From an uncultured Methanosarcinales archaeon (lineage in GTDB: Archaea > Nanobdellota > Nanobdellia > Woesearchaeales > CAZYIM01): DNA of 13,431 nucleotides. Below the pieces are notes generated by a model. That model was not told the origin of the DNA, made no database searches, and worked only from the letters and a program-made list of their open reading frames with translations. The translations under genes and the position numbers were made by a program. Shown in pieces: positions 1 to 7,484 of this stretch (position 1 is its first letter; every line of letters begins with the position of its first letter). The stretch is from NCBI GenBank assembly GCA_964647565.1, contig CAZYIM010000053.1, positions 1 through 13,431 on the forward strand, given 5' to 3'.

Positions 1-264
1 GATGATGTTGCTGCTGAAGAAGCTGATGTTGAAGTTGAGGATGCTGCTGCTGAGGATGAGGCTGAATTTGAGGAAGCTCCTGAAGAGGAAGCTGCTGCTG
101 AGGATGAGGCTGTTGAAGAGGAAGCTGCATCTGAAGAGGAATCTCCTGCGGAAGAAGCTGCACCCGAAGATGAAGCTGCTCCTGAAGAGGAAGTTGCTGC
201 GGAAGAGCCTGAGGCTGAAGTTGAGGAAGTTGCTGCTGAAGAAGACAAAGACAAGAAAAAGTAG
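1..264 (+). CDS. 3' end of an unidentified protein: Glu/Ala/Asp-rich low-complexity acidic tail (partial, runs off the window start)
   Basis: Frame 1 is open from base 1 and reads DDVAAEEADVEVEDAAAEDEAEFEEAPEEE...AAEEDKDKKK, ending in TAG at 262-264 then TAA. Strong GAA/GAG/GCT codon bias. The supplied 2..313 ORF is the +1 shadow of this frame. Confidence 0.85.
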   Translation, partial: DDVAAEEADVEVEDAAAEDEAEFEEAPEEEAAAEDEAVEEEAASEEESPAEEAAPEDEAAPEEEVAAEEPEAEVEEVAAEEDKDKKK

Positions 265-271
265 TAATTCT

Positions 272-307
272 GCAAAAACTTTTTATATTTTTCTTTTTTC
301 TTTTTTT
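272..307 (+). promoter_or_regulatory. BRE/TATA promoter of thpR overlapping an oligo-T tract that probably terminates the upstream gene
   Basis: GCAAAAAC then TTTTATAT at 281-288, about 27-34 nt before ATG 315, followed by T runs to 307. Confidence 0.55.
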
Positions 308-314
308 ATGTAAT

Positions 315-860
315 ATGAGACTTTTTATAGCTGTAGATGTATCTGATGCTGTTAAGCAAGAACTAGAACGCCTTCAAAATCATCTTTCTGATTACAGACT
401 AAACTTTTCCAAGCCTGAAAATCTACATTTAACCTTGAAATTTTTAGGAGATTGTGACACAAACGTAAAAGACTGCGTTATAGACTCCCTAAAACAGGTC
501 AAATTCTCTCCTTTTGAACTTCAGCTAGACAAGCAAGGCTATTTTAACAATGAAAATTATCTTAGGGTGCTTTGGATTGGAATTCAACCAGAAAATAAAA
601 TAATTGAACTACAAAAACAAGTGGACACTTCTCTTTCCTCTTTATTTCAGCGCGAAACTAAATTCAAGTCTCATCTTACCCTTGCAAGAGTTTATTTTCT
701 TAGGCCAGAGGAGAGAAAACACCTTCTGGAAACATATAATGCTTTAGAACCCAATAGAGTTTCTTTTCCAGTAAACAGCTTTGTACTATATCAAAGCACG
801 CTTACAGCTAAAGGACCTATATATGATCCTTTGCACACTTTTTCTTCACAGCACATCTAA
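315..860 (+). CDS. thpR: RNA 2',3'-cyclic phosphodiesterase (2H phosphoesterase, LigT/ThpR family)
   Basis: N-terminal MRLFIAV, two HxT motifs (HLTLKFLG and HLTLAR), RVLWIG, and C-terminal LYQSTLT..GPIY. Length of 181 aa is typical. Confidence 0.95.
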   Translation: MRLFIAVDVSDAVKQELERLQNHLSDYRLNFSKPENLHLTLKFLGDCDTNVKDCVIDSLKQVKFSPFELQLDKQGYFNNENYLRVLWIGIQPENKIIELQKQVDTSLSSLFQRETKFKSHLTLARVYFLRPEERKHLLETYNALEPNRVSFPVNSFVLYQSTLTAKGPIYDPLHTFSSQHI

Positions 861-866
861 GTTTTT

Positions 867-883
867 AACAACTTTTATAAATA
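867..883 (+). promoter_or_regulatory. TATA box of rps2
   Basis: AACAAC then TTTATAAA at 874-881. The predicted transcription start near 903-906 coincides with the start of the hairpin region. Confidence 0.6.
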
Positions 884-903
884 AGAATATTTTCCTGTCT
901 GCT

Positions 904-996
904 ATAGCCGAAGCATAGATACAGGTTATCTGTGCGAGCTACCAAGGCGAAAAAAAGTAGCAGTATTCTAATTGCTACTAAAATGAGGATGATATT
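904..996 (+). ncRNA. Candidate structured 5' leader (cis-regulatory RNA) of rps2
   Basis: Stem GCATAGATA 913-921 / TATCTGTGC 927-935, extended by TAGC 905-908 / GCTA 938-941 across a CGAA/GA internal loop. Second stem AGTAGCAGT 956-964 / ATTGCTACT 971-979. SD-like GAGGATGAT at 985-993. Confidence 0.5.
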
Positions 997-1602
997 ATGA
1001 CTAATGAAGGAGAAGAACTGTTGGTTCCAAATGATGAATACCTTAAATCAGGCATACATATTGGTACCAAGTTCAGAACAAAATATATGGAGAATTTCAT
1101 ATACAAAACAAGACCTGATGGTTTATCTGTCTTGAATATTCAACAGATAAACGAAAGACTGAAGATATTAATAAGTTTTTTAGCTAGTTATGAGCCTAAA
1201 GACATACTTGTAGTTTGTAGACGAGAAACCGGGTGGAAACCTGCTCAGATGTTTGCAGATATGACTGGTGCCAACTGTTTTATAGGAAGATACTCTCCAG
1301 GCGTACTGACCAATCCCAAGCTTAAGAACTATGTTGAGGCTAAGGTGATGTTTGTAGTAGATGCATGGCCTGATAAAAATGCGGTCACAGATGCAATAAG
1401 TATAGGTATTCCTGTTGTTGCCTTATGCGATACTAATAATCAGAGCAACAACCTTGATCTGATTATTCCCTGCAACAACAAAGGAAAGAAGAGCCTGGCG
1501 TTAGTATTTTACATACTATCTAAGTATTACTTAGAAGCTAAGGGTCTGATTAAGAAGGAATCTGATTTTGAATATAGTGTTGAAGATTTTATGGAAGAAT
1601 AG
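997..1602 (+). CDS. rps2: 30S ribosomal protein uS2 (archaeal S2)
   Basis: YLKSGIHIGT, FIYKTRPDGL, GRYSPGVLTNP, IGIPVVALCDTNN, DLIIPCNNKGKKSL match archaeal/eukaryotic-type uS2 motifs. 201 aa. Confidence 0.97.
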   Translation: MTNEGEELLVPNDEYLKSGIHIGTKFRTKYMENFIYKTRPDGLSVLNIQQINERLKILISFLASYEPKDILVVCRRETGWKPAQMFADMTGANCFIGRYSPGVLTNPKLKNYVEAKVMFVVDAWPDKNAVTDAISIGIPVVALCDTNNQSNNLDLIIPCNNKGKKSLALVFYILSKYYLEAKGLIKKESDFEYSVEDFMEE

Positions 1603-2290
1603 TTTTTTCTTTTTTTCCTATTACTTCTTCTATTCCTTTATTAATTATTTTGAAGCGTATATATTTGTTTTCAGGTAGTGATCTGTGCTTTCTAAGGAAT
1701 GCAAGTCTTTCAATATCATCTTTTTTAAGTTCTATAAGGCACTTGCTGGCATACTTCAATATATCTCCTCCAACCATCTTAACTCGGTTCTTATCCTCAA
1801 AATCAGCATAAACCTGGTTGGTGATTAGGACAGGGATGTTTTGTCTCCTGGCAATTTGAGTCAGATAGGCTAACTGGAGTCCCAACTCTCGATTTACATT
1901 ATATACATCTCTACTCTTGCCGAGTTCAAGTCTATAGAGCATGGCTACGCTATCAAGTATGATTAGACCTATCTTGTCATTCACAATATTCTTTAGTTTT
2001 TCAAACACTAGTTTCTGCTCGTCAAAATCTACAGGTCTTAAGAATATGACTCTCTTAAGAGCTTTTTCATAATCTGGACATATTTGCTTAAAACGGGTTA
2101 GTGAGAACGAGCCTTCTGTATCAATATAAATTATCTTTTTATTGACAATAGAGTTTGCAATACACAAAAGACAAAGGTTGGTCTTTCCAGAACCTGCAGG
2201 CCCGTATATTGTGGTGATGATATCAGTTTCATAACCACCTTCCAGCAGCCAGTCCATGACTGCAGTTCCAGTACTAATTTTGGTATCCAT
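1589..2290 (-). CDS. radB: DNA repair and recombination protein RadB
   Basis: RecA-core-only protein of 233 aa with no RadA N-terminal HhH domain. Walker A GPAGSGKT, YIDTEG, Walker B LIILDS, VLITNQV, GGDIL, and the RadB-specific C-terminal KHR motif (LRKHRSLPE). Confidence 0.93.
   Translation of the reverse strand: MDTKISTGTAVMDWLLEGGYETDIITTIYGPAGSGKTNLCLLCIANSIVNKKIIYIDTEGSFSLTRFKQICPDYEKALKRVIFLRPVDFDEQKLVFEKLKNIVNDKIGLIILDSVAMLYRLELGKSRDVYNVNRELGLQLAYLTQIARRQNIPVLITNQVYADFEDKNRVKMVGGDILKYASKCLIELKKDDIERLAFLRKHRSLPENKYIRFKIINKGIEEVIGKKEKTILP
1603..1616 (+). terminator. Probable oligo-T terminator of rps2 (inside the radB 3' end)
   Basis: TTTTTTCTTTTTTT immediately follows the rps2 TAG. 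Confidence 0.4.
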
Positions 2291-2313
2291 AAATATACAG
2301 AATCAGTTTCAGC

Positions 2314-2330
2314 TTTTTAAACATTTCTTT
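2314..2330 (-). promoter_or_regulatory. BRE/TATA promoter of radB (leaderless)
   Basis: Minus strand AAAGAAATG then TTTAAAAA (2321-2314), 24-31 nt before ATG 2290. Confidence 0.55.
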
Positions 2331-2729
2331 TCACACTGAAGGAACCGTTTCAAACATAGCTTTCAATCCTTTTGCAATATTTGATTCATCTGCAACATGA
2401 TTATGTATGCTTGGCCGAATGATCCATCTAAGATTGTATTCTATATTAGCAAAAACCAGAGATAAGAATTCATAATCCTTGAAGAACTTCCAATTTTCTG
2501 TCAAATACTTAAGATTTTTTTTTGAGTTGGGACAAACAATGAGCATTCTCTTTTTTTTATCCATTTGTTTTTTAATAGAATCATCTAAATATTCTACGCA
2601 AAAACATGTCTGATCATACTCTTTATGATGAAAGATGATGATTTCGTTATCTTGTTCATAATCTACTAAATCTCTTTTTACCAAGTCCTTATTTTTTACA
2701 TAATTTATAGCCCATTCAATCAATTCCAA
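2331..2729 (-). CDS. Hypothetical soluble protein (132 aa)
   Basis: TTG start directly after the upstream TAA, with AGGAGG (2744-2739) 9 nt upstream. Protein-like composition but no recognised motif. Confidence 0.8.
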   Translation of the reverse strand: MELIEWAINYVKNKDLVKRDLVDYEQDNEIIIFHHKEYDQTCFCVEYLDDSIKKQMDKKKRMLIVCPNSKKNLKYLTENWKFFKDYEFLSLVFANIEYNLRWIIRPSIHNHVADESNIAKGLKAMFETVPSV

Positions 2730-3227
2730 TTAAACCATCCTCCTATGGATAAGATAAACATAGGGTATGAAAAAGAATACCAAATATGTGATGCTGATCA
2801 ATGCAGGACTATGATATGTGTGGTATTTTATAGACTTGCTTAGAGTGTTGATAGCTCCAACAATGATAAAAAAGTTTACCACGCCTGCTGCAGGAACAAT
2901 AAAACTTAGGATGATGTGTTGTTTGGATTCAATAAACCATATGTCCTGGATTAAGATACTAATTATCGCACCAAAGGCCAAGCCCAGAAGTGCAACAATG
3001 ACATAGATAAAGATATTGTTCACTAGCAATAGAAGAGGTATTAAAAATAGTGAAACAAAGAAATTTCCCAATACTGCAATGACTAATGAAACTGTGAAAA
3101 ATACGTTACTGAAGATGCGGTTCTTTTTATGTGTTTTTTTCTTGAGCCGTTTGCATATCTTTATGGTTTTTTCTATTTCTTCTTCACTCCACCCTTTATC
3201 TCGCAGGTGCTTTTTATTGATTTTCAT
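2730..3227 (-). CDS. Hypothetical membrane protein (165 aa, about 4 TM helices)
   Basis: Basic N-terminus containing LRDKGWSEEEIEK, then four hydrophobic segments. TATA box TTTATAAA at 3254-3261 upstream. Confidence 0.85.
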   Translation of the reverse strand: MKINKKHLRDKGWSEEEIEKTIKICKRLKKKTHKKNRIFSNVFFTVSLVIAVLGNFFVSLFLIPLLLLVNNIFIYVIVALLGLAFGAIISILIQDIWFIESKQHIILSFIVPAAGVVNFFIIVGAINTLSKSIKYHTYHSPALISITYLVFFFIPYVYLIHRRMV

Positions 3228-3280
3228 AACAATAACATCTCTAAAGAATGAACTTTATAAATTTTATTAAGAAAGAATAT

Positions 3281-6034
3281 CTACAATCTACCTTTGGTAA
3301 GCCTTTTTAGTAAATCAAAAGAGCTTTCAATCTTCTTTTTGAAATCCTTTTTTTCCTTTGCAATGTGATTCTGAGTCTTTTCAATTATTTCATCCTCACT
3401 TTCAGATTTCTTCTTTTCTTCTACGACTTCTTCTTTTTCTTCCTTTGCAGGTTTCTGTTCCTCTGCCTCTTCTACAGGCTCAATTTCTTCGTTCTCTTCT
3501 ATTTCTTCTGGTTCTTTTGTGGGTTGAGGTTTTTTAGGTAGATCCTTGGTTTCTTCTTCGTGTTTTTTCTTTTCCTCTTCAACTACTTCTTCTTCCTTCT
3601 CTTCAGGAATTATCTTTGCAGTAGCAACCACTTTATCTCCATCATTTAGTTTCATCATTCTAACTCCCTGAGTATTTCTGCCAATCTTAGATATTTCAGA
3701 GGCTTTAGTTCTTATGATGATCCCGTTTTTACTCATTATCATGATATCTTCTTCGCCATCAACAGATTTAACAGAAACTACATCGCCATTTCTTTCATTG
3801 GTAATAATGTTAATAACACCTTTGCCACCTCTTCGGATGACTCTATATTGTTCTACATCAGTCCTCTTGCCATATCCATTCTCTGTGATAGTTAATATTT
3901 TCCTGTCTGACTGTACAATGATCATACCTATGACCTTATCATCTTTCCTGAGCCGTATACCCCGGACTCCTTGGGAAGTCCGGCCCATTGAGCGAGCATC
4001 TTTTTCAATAAATCTTATAGCATAACCCTTAGTAGTTGCAAGCATGACTTCTTGATTGCCATCAGTAAGCTTTACATTGATCAGTTTATCCTTTTCAACA
4101 AGTGATAGGGCTATAATACCCCCTCTTCTGGGTTTGGAATAGGCCATTAAATTAGTCTTTTTCACGGTTCCATTTCTTGTGGCCATAATCAGGTAATGGT
4201 TGTTATCAAATTGTCTGATAGGTATGACTGCAGCAACTTTTTCGTCATGATCCATTTCAAGCAGATTTACAATGGCTTTGCCTTTGGACTGTCTGGTGCC
4301 TTCTGGGATTCTATAAACTTTCAGCCAATAAACAAGGCCTTTGTCAGAGCAAACCAACAGATAAGAGTGGGTGTTTGCAACGAACATATGCTCTACAACA
4401 TCCTCTTCTTTAGTGGTAGTTCCTATAATGCCTTTACCGCCTCTTCTCTGTACCTTATAGTTTTCAGGAGTGATTCGCTTGATATAGCCTGCGTGAGTGA
4501 TTGTTACAATCATGTCCTCTTCTTTAATCAAGTCTTCAATTAGAATTTCGTCATCGTCAGCATCTGAGATCTGGGTTTTTCTTTCGTCTCCATATTTTTC
4601 AATGATCTCTCTGAGTTCAGTTTTGATTAGTTCAAGCACTTTTTGTTCACTAGCCAATATCTCTTTCAACTCTTTGATTAGTTTCAACAGTTCTTCTTGT
4701 TCTTTTTTGATCTTTTCAGTTTCAAGTGCAGTAAGCTTCTGAAGTCGCATCTCAAGAATAGCTTCTGCCTGTATCTTTGTAAGGTTGAATTTGGATATTA
4801 GGCCGCTCTTGGCAACATCGACGGATTTAGAGGCTTTAATAAGCTTGATGACAGGATCGATGCTTTTTAATGCAATCAATAGTCCTTCAAGAATGTGAGA
4901 TCTCTGTTCGGCTTTTTTCAGCTCAAACTTAGTTCTGTTTATAATGATTTCTTTCCTATGATTAATATGGTGTGTTAGAAGATCTTTTAATCCAATTACC
5001 TTAGGTTCATTATTGACCAAAGCTAGGTTGATAATACCAAAAGTAGTCTTGAGCCTTGTGTGTTTGAACAGTTGGTTTTCAACAATCTCAGGCACTGCAT
5101 TCTTCTTGAGTTCAACAACAATGCGCATACCCTTTCTGTCGGATTCATCTCTTAAGTCTGATACTCCTTCAATTTTTTTATCCTTTACACAATCTGCAAT
5201 ATGCTCAACCAGAAGTGATTTGTTCAACTGGTAAGGTATCTCTGTGATTATAAGCTGTTTTCGAGTCTTGGTTTCTTCGAGATCAATCACACCCTTGACT
5301 GTTATCTTTCCTCTTCCTGTTTGATACGCAGATAAGATGCCTTGTTTGCCAGCTATAATACCTCCAGTTGGAAAATCAGGACCTTGGATGATTTCCATAA
5401 TTTCTCTTAACTCTATGTCTGGATTGTCGATTAATGCTATAATACCTTCTGCTATCTCAGATAAATTGTGAGGTGGGATATTAGTTGCCATACCAACTGC
5501 AATTCCTGAGCTTCCATTCACAAGAAGATTAGGTATTTTGGATGGAAGAATAAGAGGTTCTTTAAGGGAACCATCAAAGTTTTCGATGAACTCTACTGTG
5601 TCTTTATCGATATCTTGAAGAATCTGGTCAGATATTTTTGCAAGCCTGGCTTCGGTATATCTCATGGCTGCAGCATTGTCGCCGTCAATACTTCCAAAGT
5701 TACCCTGACCGTCAATTAAAGGATATCTGAGTGAAAACGATTGAGCCATTCTGACTAATGAATCATAGACAGCTGTGTCTCCGTGTGGGTGATATTTACC
5801 AAGCACCTCTCCTACAATACGCGCACATTTTTTATATGCTGAGTTATGCTTCATGCCAAGATCGTTCATGGCAAACAGAATTCTTCGATGTACAGGTTTT
5901 AGACCGTCTCTTACATCTGGGAGGGCCCTTCCGACAATAACTGACATAGCATAATCTAGGTAGGCACTCTTCATCTTCTCTTCAATAATCTGTGTTACGA
6001 TGTGATCACTTGCTGCTTCATTTGTCTCACTCAT
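3281..6034 (-). CDS. gyrA: DNA gyrase subunit A
   Basis: [22 protein letters not shown], catalytic AAMRY (Tyr126), [14 protein letters not shown], intact GyrA-box QRRGGKG (about 4430-4450), beta-pinwheel repeats, and an acidic tail. Confidence 0.98.
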   Translation of the reverse strand: MSETNEAASDHIVTQIIEEKMKSAYLDYAMSVIVGRALPDVRDGLKPVHRRILFAMNDLGMKHNSAYKKCARIVGEVLGKYHPHGDTAVYDSLVRMAQSFSLRYPLIDGQGNFGSIDGDNAAAMRYTEARLAKISDQILQDIDKDTVEFIENFDGSLKEPLILPSKIPNLLVNGSSGIAVGMATNIPPHNLSEIAEGIIALIDNPDIELREIMEIIQGPDFPTGGIIAGKQGILSAYQTGRGKITVKGVIDLEETKTRKQLIITEIPYQLNKSLLVEHIADCVKDKKIEGVSDLRDESDRKGMRIVVELKKNAVPEIVENQLFKHTRLKTTFGIINLALVNNEPKVIGLKDLLTHHINHRKEIIINRTKFELKKAEQRSHILEGLLIALKSIDPVIKLIKASKSVDVAKSGLISKFNLTKIQAEAILEMRLQKLTALETEKIKKEQEELLKLIKELKEILASEQKVLELIKTELREIIEKYGDERKTQISDADDDEILIEDLIKEEDMIVTITHAGYIKRITPENYKVQRRGGKGIIGTTTKEEDVVEHMFVANTHSYLLVCSDKGLVYWLKVYRIPEGTRQSKGKAIVNLLEMDHDEKVAAVIPIRQFDNNHYLIMATRNGTVKKTNLMAYSKPRRGGIIALSLVEKDKLINVKLTDGNQEVMLATTKGYAIRFIEKDARSMGRTSQGVRGIRLRKDDKVIGMIIVQSDRKILTITENGYGKRTDVEQYRVIRRGGKGVINIITNERNGDVVSVKSVDGEEDIMIMSKNGIIIRTKASEISKIGRNTQGVRMMKLNDGDKVVATAKIIPEEKEEEVVEEEKKKHEEETKDLPKKPQPTKEPEEIEENEEIEPVEEAEEQKPAKEEKEEVVEEKKKSESEDEIIEKTQNHIAKEKKDFKKKIESSFDLLKRLTKGRL

Positions 6035-6044
6035 TTCGAGAATA

Positions 6045-6089
6045 CCCTCCTGCTAAAATAGAATACAGTCATGTTTATAAGTCTTTTGG
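6045..6089 (-). promoter_or_regulatory. gyrA promoter and Shine-Dalgarno
   Basis: Minus strand CCAAAAGA then CTTATAAA (6081-6074). AGGAGGG (6051-6045) lies 10 nt before ATG 6034. Confidence 0.6.
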
Positions 6090-6148
6090 TTAAATTTAAG
6101 GGTTTCAGGCTCTGAAATGCTTAAATTTGGGTATTTCAGCTCTTTGAA
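6090..6148. repeat. Imperfect inverted repeat nested in a 31-bp-period direct repeat
   Basis: Arms 6092-6108 and 6112-6128 pair at 15 of 17 positions around a 3-nt loop. TTAAATTT-N5-TTTCAG occurs at 6090 and 6121. Confidence 0.65.
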
Positions 6149-6166
6149 TTTTGCCTTTTTATGGCC

Positions 6167-6334
6167 TTATTCCCCTTTTTTTAGAATCTTCACAATCCGA
6201 TTAGATTTGCTCTTTGGAACTACTCTAAAACTCCTTCCGCAATATACACAAGTTTTAGTCTTTTTATGTGTGTCACCAGGATTAGGTTGATACTTCATCG
6301 TATTATTACATTTAGGACATCGTACTAGAAGCAT
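6167..6334 (-). CDS. Small basic C4 zinc-ribbon protein (55 aa)
   Basis: MLLVRCPKCNNTMKY...KTCVYCGRSF carries two CxxC motifs. ATG at 6334 is 1 nt after the scpB TAG, with GAGGA (6344-6340) upstream. The supplied 6490 start is a shadow of the scpB tail. Confidence 0.8.
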   Translation of the reverse strand: MLLVRCPKCNNTMKYQPNPGDTHKKTKTCVYCGRSFRVVPKSKSNRIVKILKKGE

Positions 6335-6335
6335 G

Positions 6336-7484
6336 CTATTCCTCTTTCTCGGGTAATTCTTTTTCAGAACTCTCAGGTTCAATCTCTTCTTCAGATAAAG
6401 GCTTCTTTTTTCCTTCGTCTTCTTCACTGCTTTCTTCATCAGCTTCCGTTTCAGGTTCTTCCTCAGCAACGTTCTCTTCAATAGCCTCATCTGTTTCTAC
6501 TTCATTCTGATTAGGTTCTTCAGATTCATCTTCTTTTGAACTTTCTGGATCGATCTGCTCTTCATTTACTGGGTTTTCTTCGGTTTGTTCACTTTCTTCG
6601 TCTGGTTCAGCGTCTGTAACTTCTTTTTGATCAGTCTCTTCACCATCTGTTTCTTCATCTCCTTCTTCGCTCTCTCTTCTTTGGAAATCAGGATCCTGGT
6701 CCCTATTATCGTTCTTGCTACTTATCTTGCTTATCTGCTCCTCAATCTTTGCAAGAAACTCCTTGCCCTTCGGATCATCTTTTACTTCTTCTATTGTCTT
6801 TTCTTTGTTTGCATCGTCAACTTCAGGTTCTTCGTCGCTCTTTTCATCCTCAGCAGGTTTTTCACTGGAGTCCTTAGCCTCGACAACATCTAAACCACCC
6901 AGTTTTTCCTTGATATCTACATCAGAGGGCTTATTTTTATCAGCTGCGCCTGCAATTACAGGGATATCTGCGATTTTTTTAGGCATCTCATCTTTTTTAA
7001 GCTCTTCAAATACCTCTTTGAGACTTCTTTGGCCAGGTACATCAAAATATTCGAAGAATCTCTTAGCTAATCTGAGGTTGAAGCTCCGTCCTTTTTTCTC
7101 TTTACTTACAAATCCCAGGTCAACTAGTTCTTTGATGTGGTCGTAAGCACCAGAGCCTCTTGTCTTGACAACGTCGGATTGGAGTAAAGGAGCTTTCCAT
7201 GCCACTATTGCAAGAGTCTCCATGACTGGCAAGCTAAGCTCCATCTCTGAGACTATTTTTGTGACCAGATTCATGTATTTCTCTTTGACATTGATCTTCC
7301 AGACATCATCGCTGTCAAGAAGCATAAGTGATGTGTTTCGGTTTTCATACTCTGATTTGAGTTCCATTAAAGCAGTTCTGATGGTCTTTTTGTCTATTTG
7401 GATAAGATTGGCTAAATCCTCTTCAGTCATGGCTTTAGCAGATGCAAACAAAAGTGCTTCTATTTGATTCTTGATTTCTTTCAT
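6336..7484 (-). CDS. scpB: SMC-Scp complex subunit ScpB with a long acidic C-terminal extension
   Basis: IEALLFAS, ELS..VMETLAIVAWKAP..QSDVVKTRG..AYDHIKELVDLGFV, and RFFEYFD match the tandem winged-helix ScpB core (about 150-160 aa), followed by over 200 aa of D/E-rich sequence. Confidence 0.93.
   Translation of the reverse strand: MKEIKNQIEALLFASAKAMTEEDLANLIQIDKKTIRTALMELKSEYENRNTSLMLLDSDDVWKINVKEKYMNLVTKIVSEMELSLPVMETLAIVAWKAPLLQSDVVKTRGSGAYDHIKELVDLGFVSKEKKGRSFNLRLAKRFFEYFDVPGQRSLKEVFEELKKDEMPKKIADIPVIAGAADKNKPSDVDIKEKLGGLDVVEAKDSSEKPAEDEKSDEEPEVDDANKEKTIEEVKDDPKGKEFLAKIEEQISKISSKNDNRDQDPDFQRRESEEGDEETDGEETDQKEVTDAEPDEESEQTEENPVNEEQIDPESSKEDESEEPNQNEVETDEAIEENVAEEEPETEADEESSEEDEGKKKPLSEEEIEPESSEKELPEKEE

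Noticed and set aside
2..313. 103-aa Leu/Lys/Arg/Met-rich ORF from the track
   Set aside because: It is the +1 frame shadow of the GAA/GAG/GCT-rich acidic tail in frame 1 and runs through the T-rich promoter region.
315..860. thpR as part of an RNA repair or defence operon
   Set aside because: It appears monocistronic with no ligase, nuclease or toxin neighbour in the window, and is a common archaeal housekeeping gene.
894..980. Possible tRNA, K-turn, SECIS or ribozyme in the thpR-rps2 spacer
   Set aside because: No cloverleaf or TTC-loop. The CGAA/GA loop lacks the canonical 3-nt bulge plus tandem GA geometry. No in-frame TGA selenoprotein nearby and no hammerhead core. Kept only as a generic structured leader.
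983..1000. Mini-ORF MRMIL overlapping the rps2 start (ATGA)
   Set aside because: Arises from the SD-like GAGGATGAT sequence; no independent support.
5774..5776. Thr87 at the E. coli GyrA Ser83-equivalent position as a quinolone-resistance allele
   Set aside because: Thr is a natural wild-type residue at this position in several bacteria, and the Asp87 equivalent is intact.
2818..5940. Plus-strand ORFs antisense to the membrane protein gene and gyrA
   Set aside because: Antisense shadows of well-supported genes, with no motifs or start signals.
3281..6034. Topoisomerase IV ParC or an intein-containing GyrA
   Set aside because: The GyrA-box is intact, RY is followed directly by TEARL, and the extra length is explained by the tail.
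6090..6148. CRISPR remnant or dif site
   Set aside because: Only two degenerate adjacent units with no spacer and no cas genes; arm and spacer geometry does not fit an 11-6-11 dif layout.
6335..6490. N-terminal extension of the Zn-ribbon ORF
   Set aside because: Out-of-frame shadow of the ScpB acidic tail. ATG 6334 has an SD and abuts the scpB stop.
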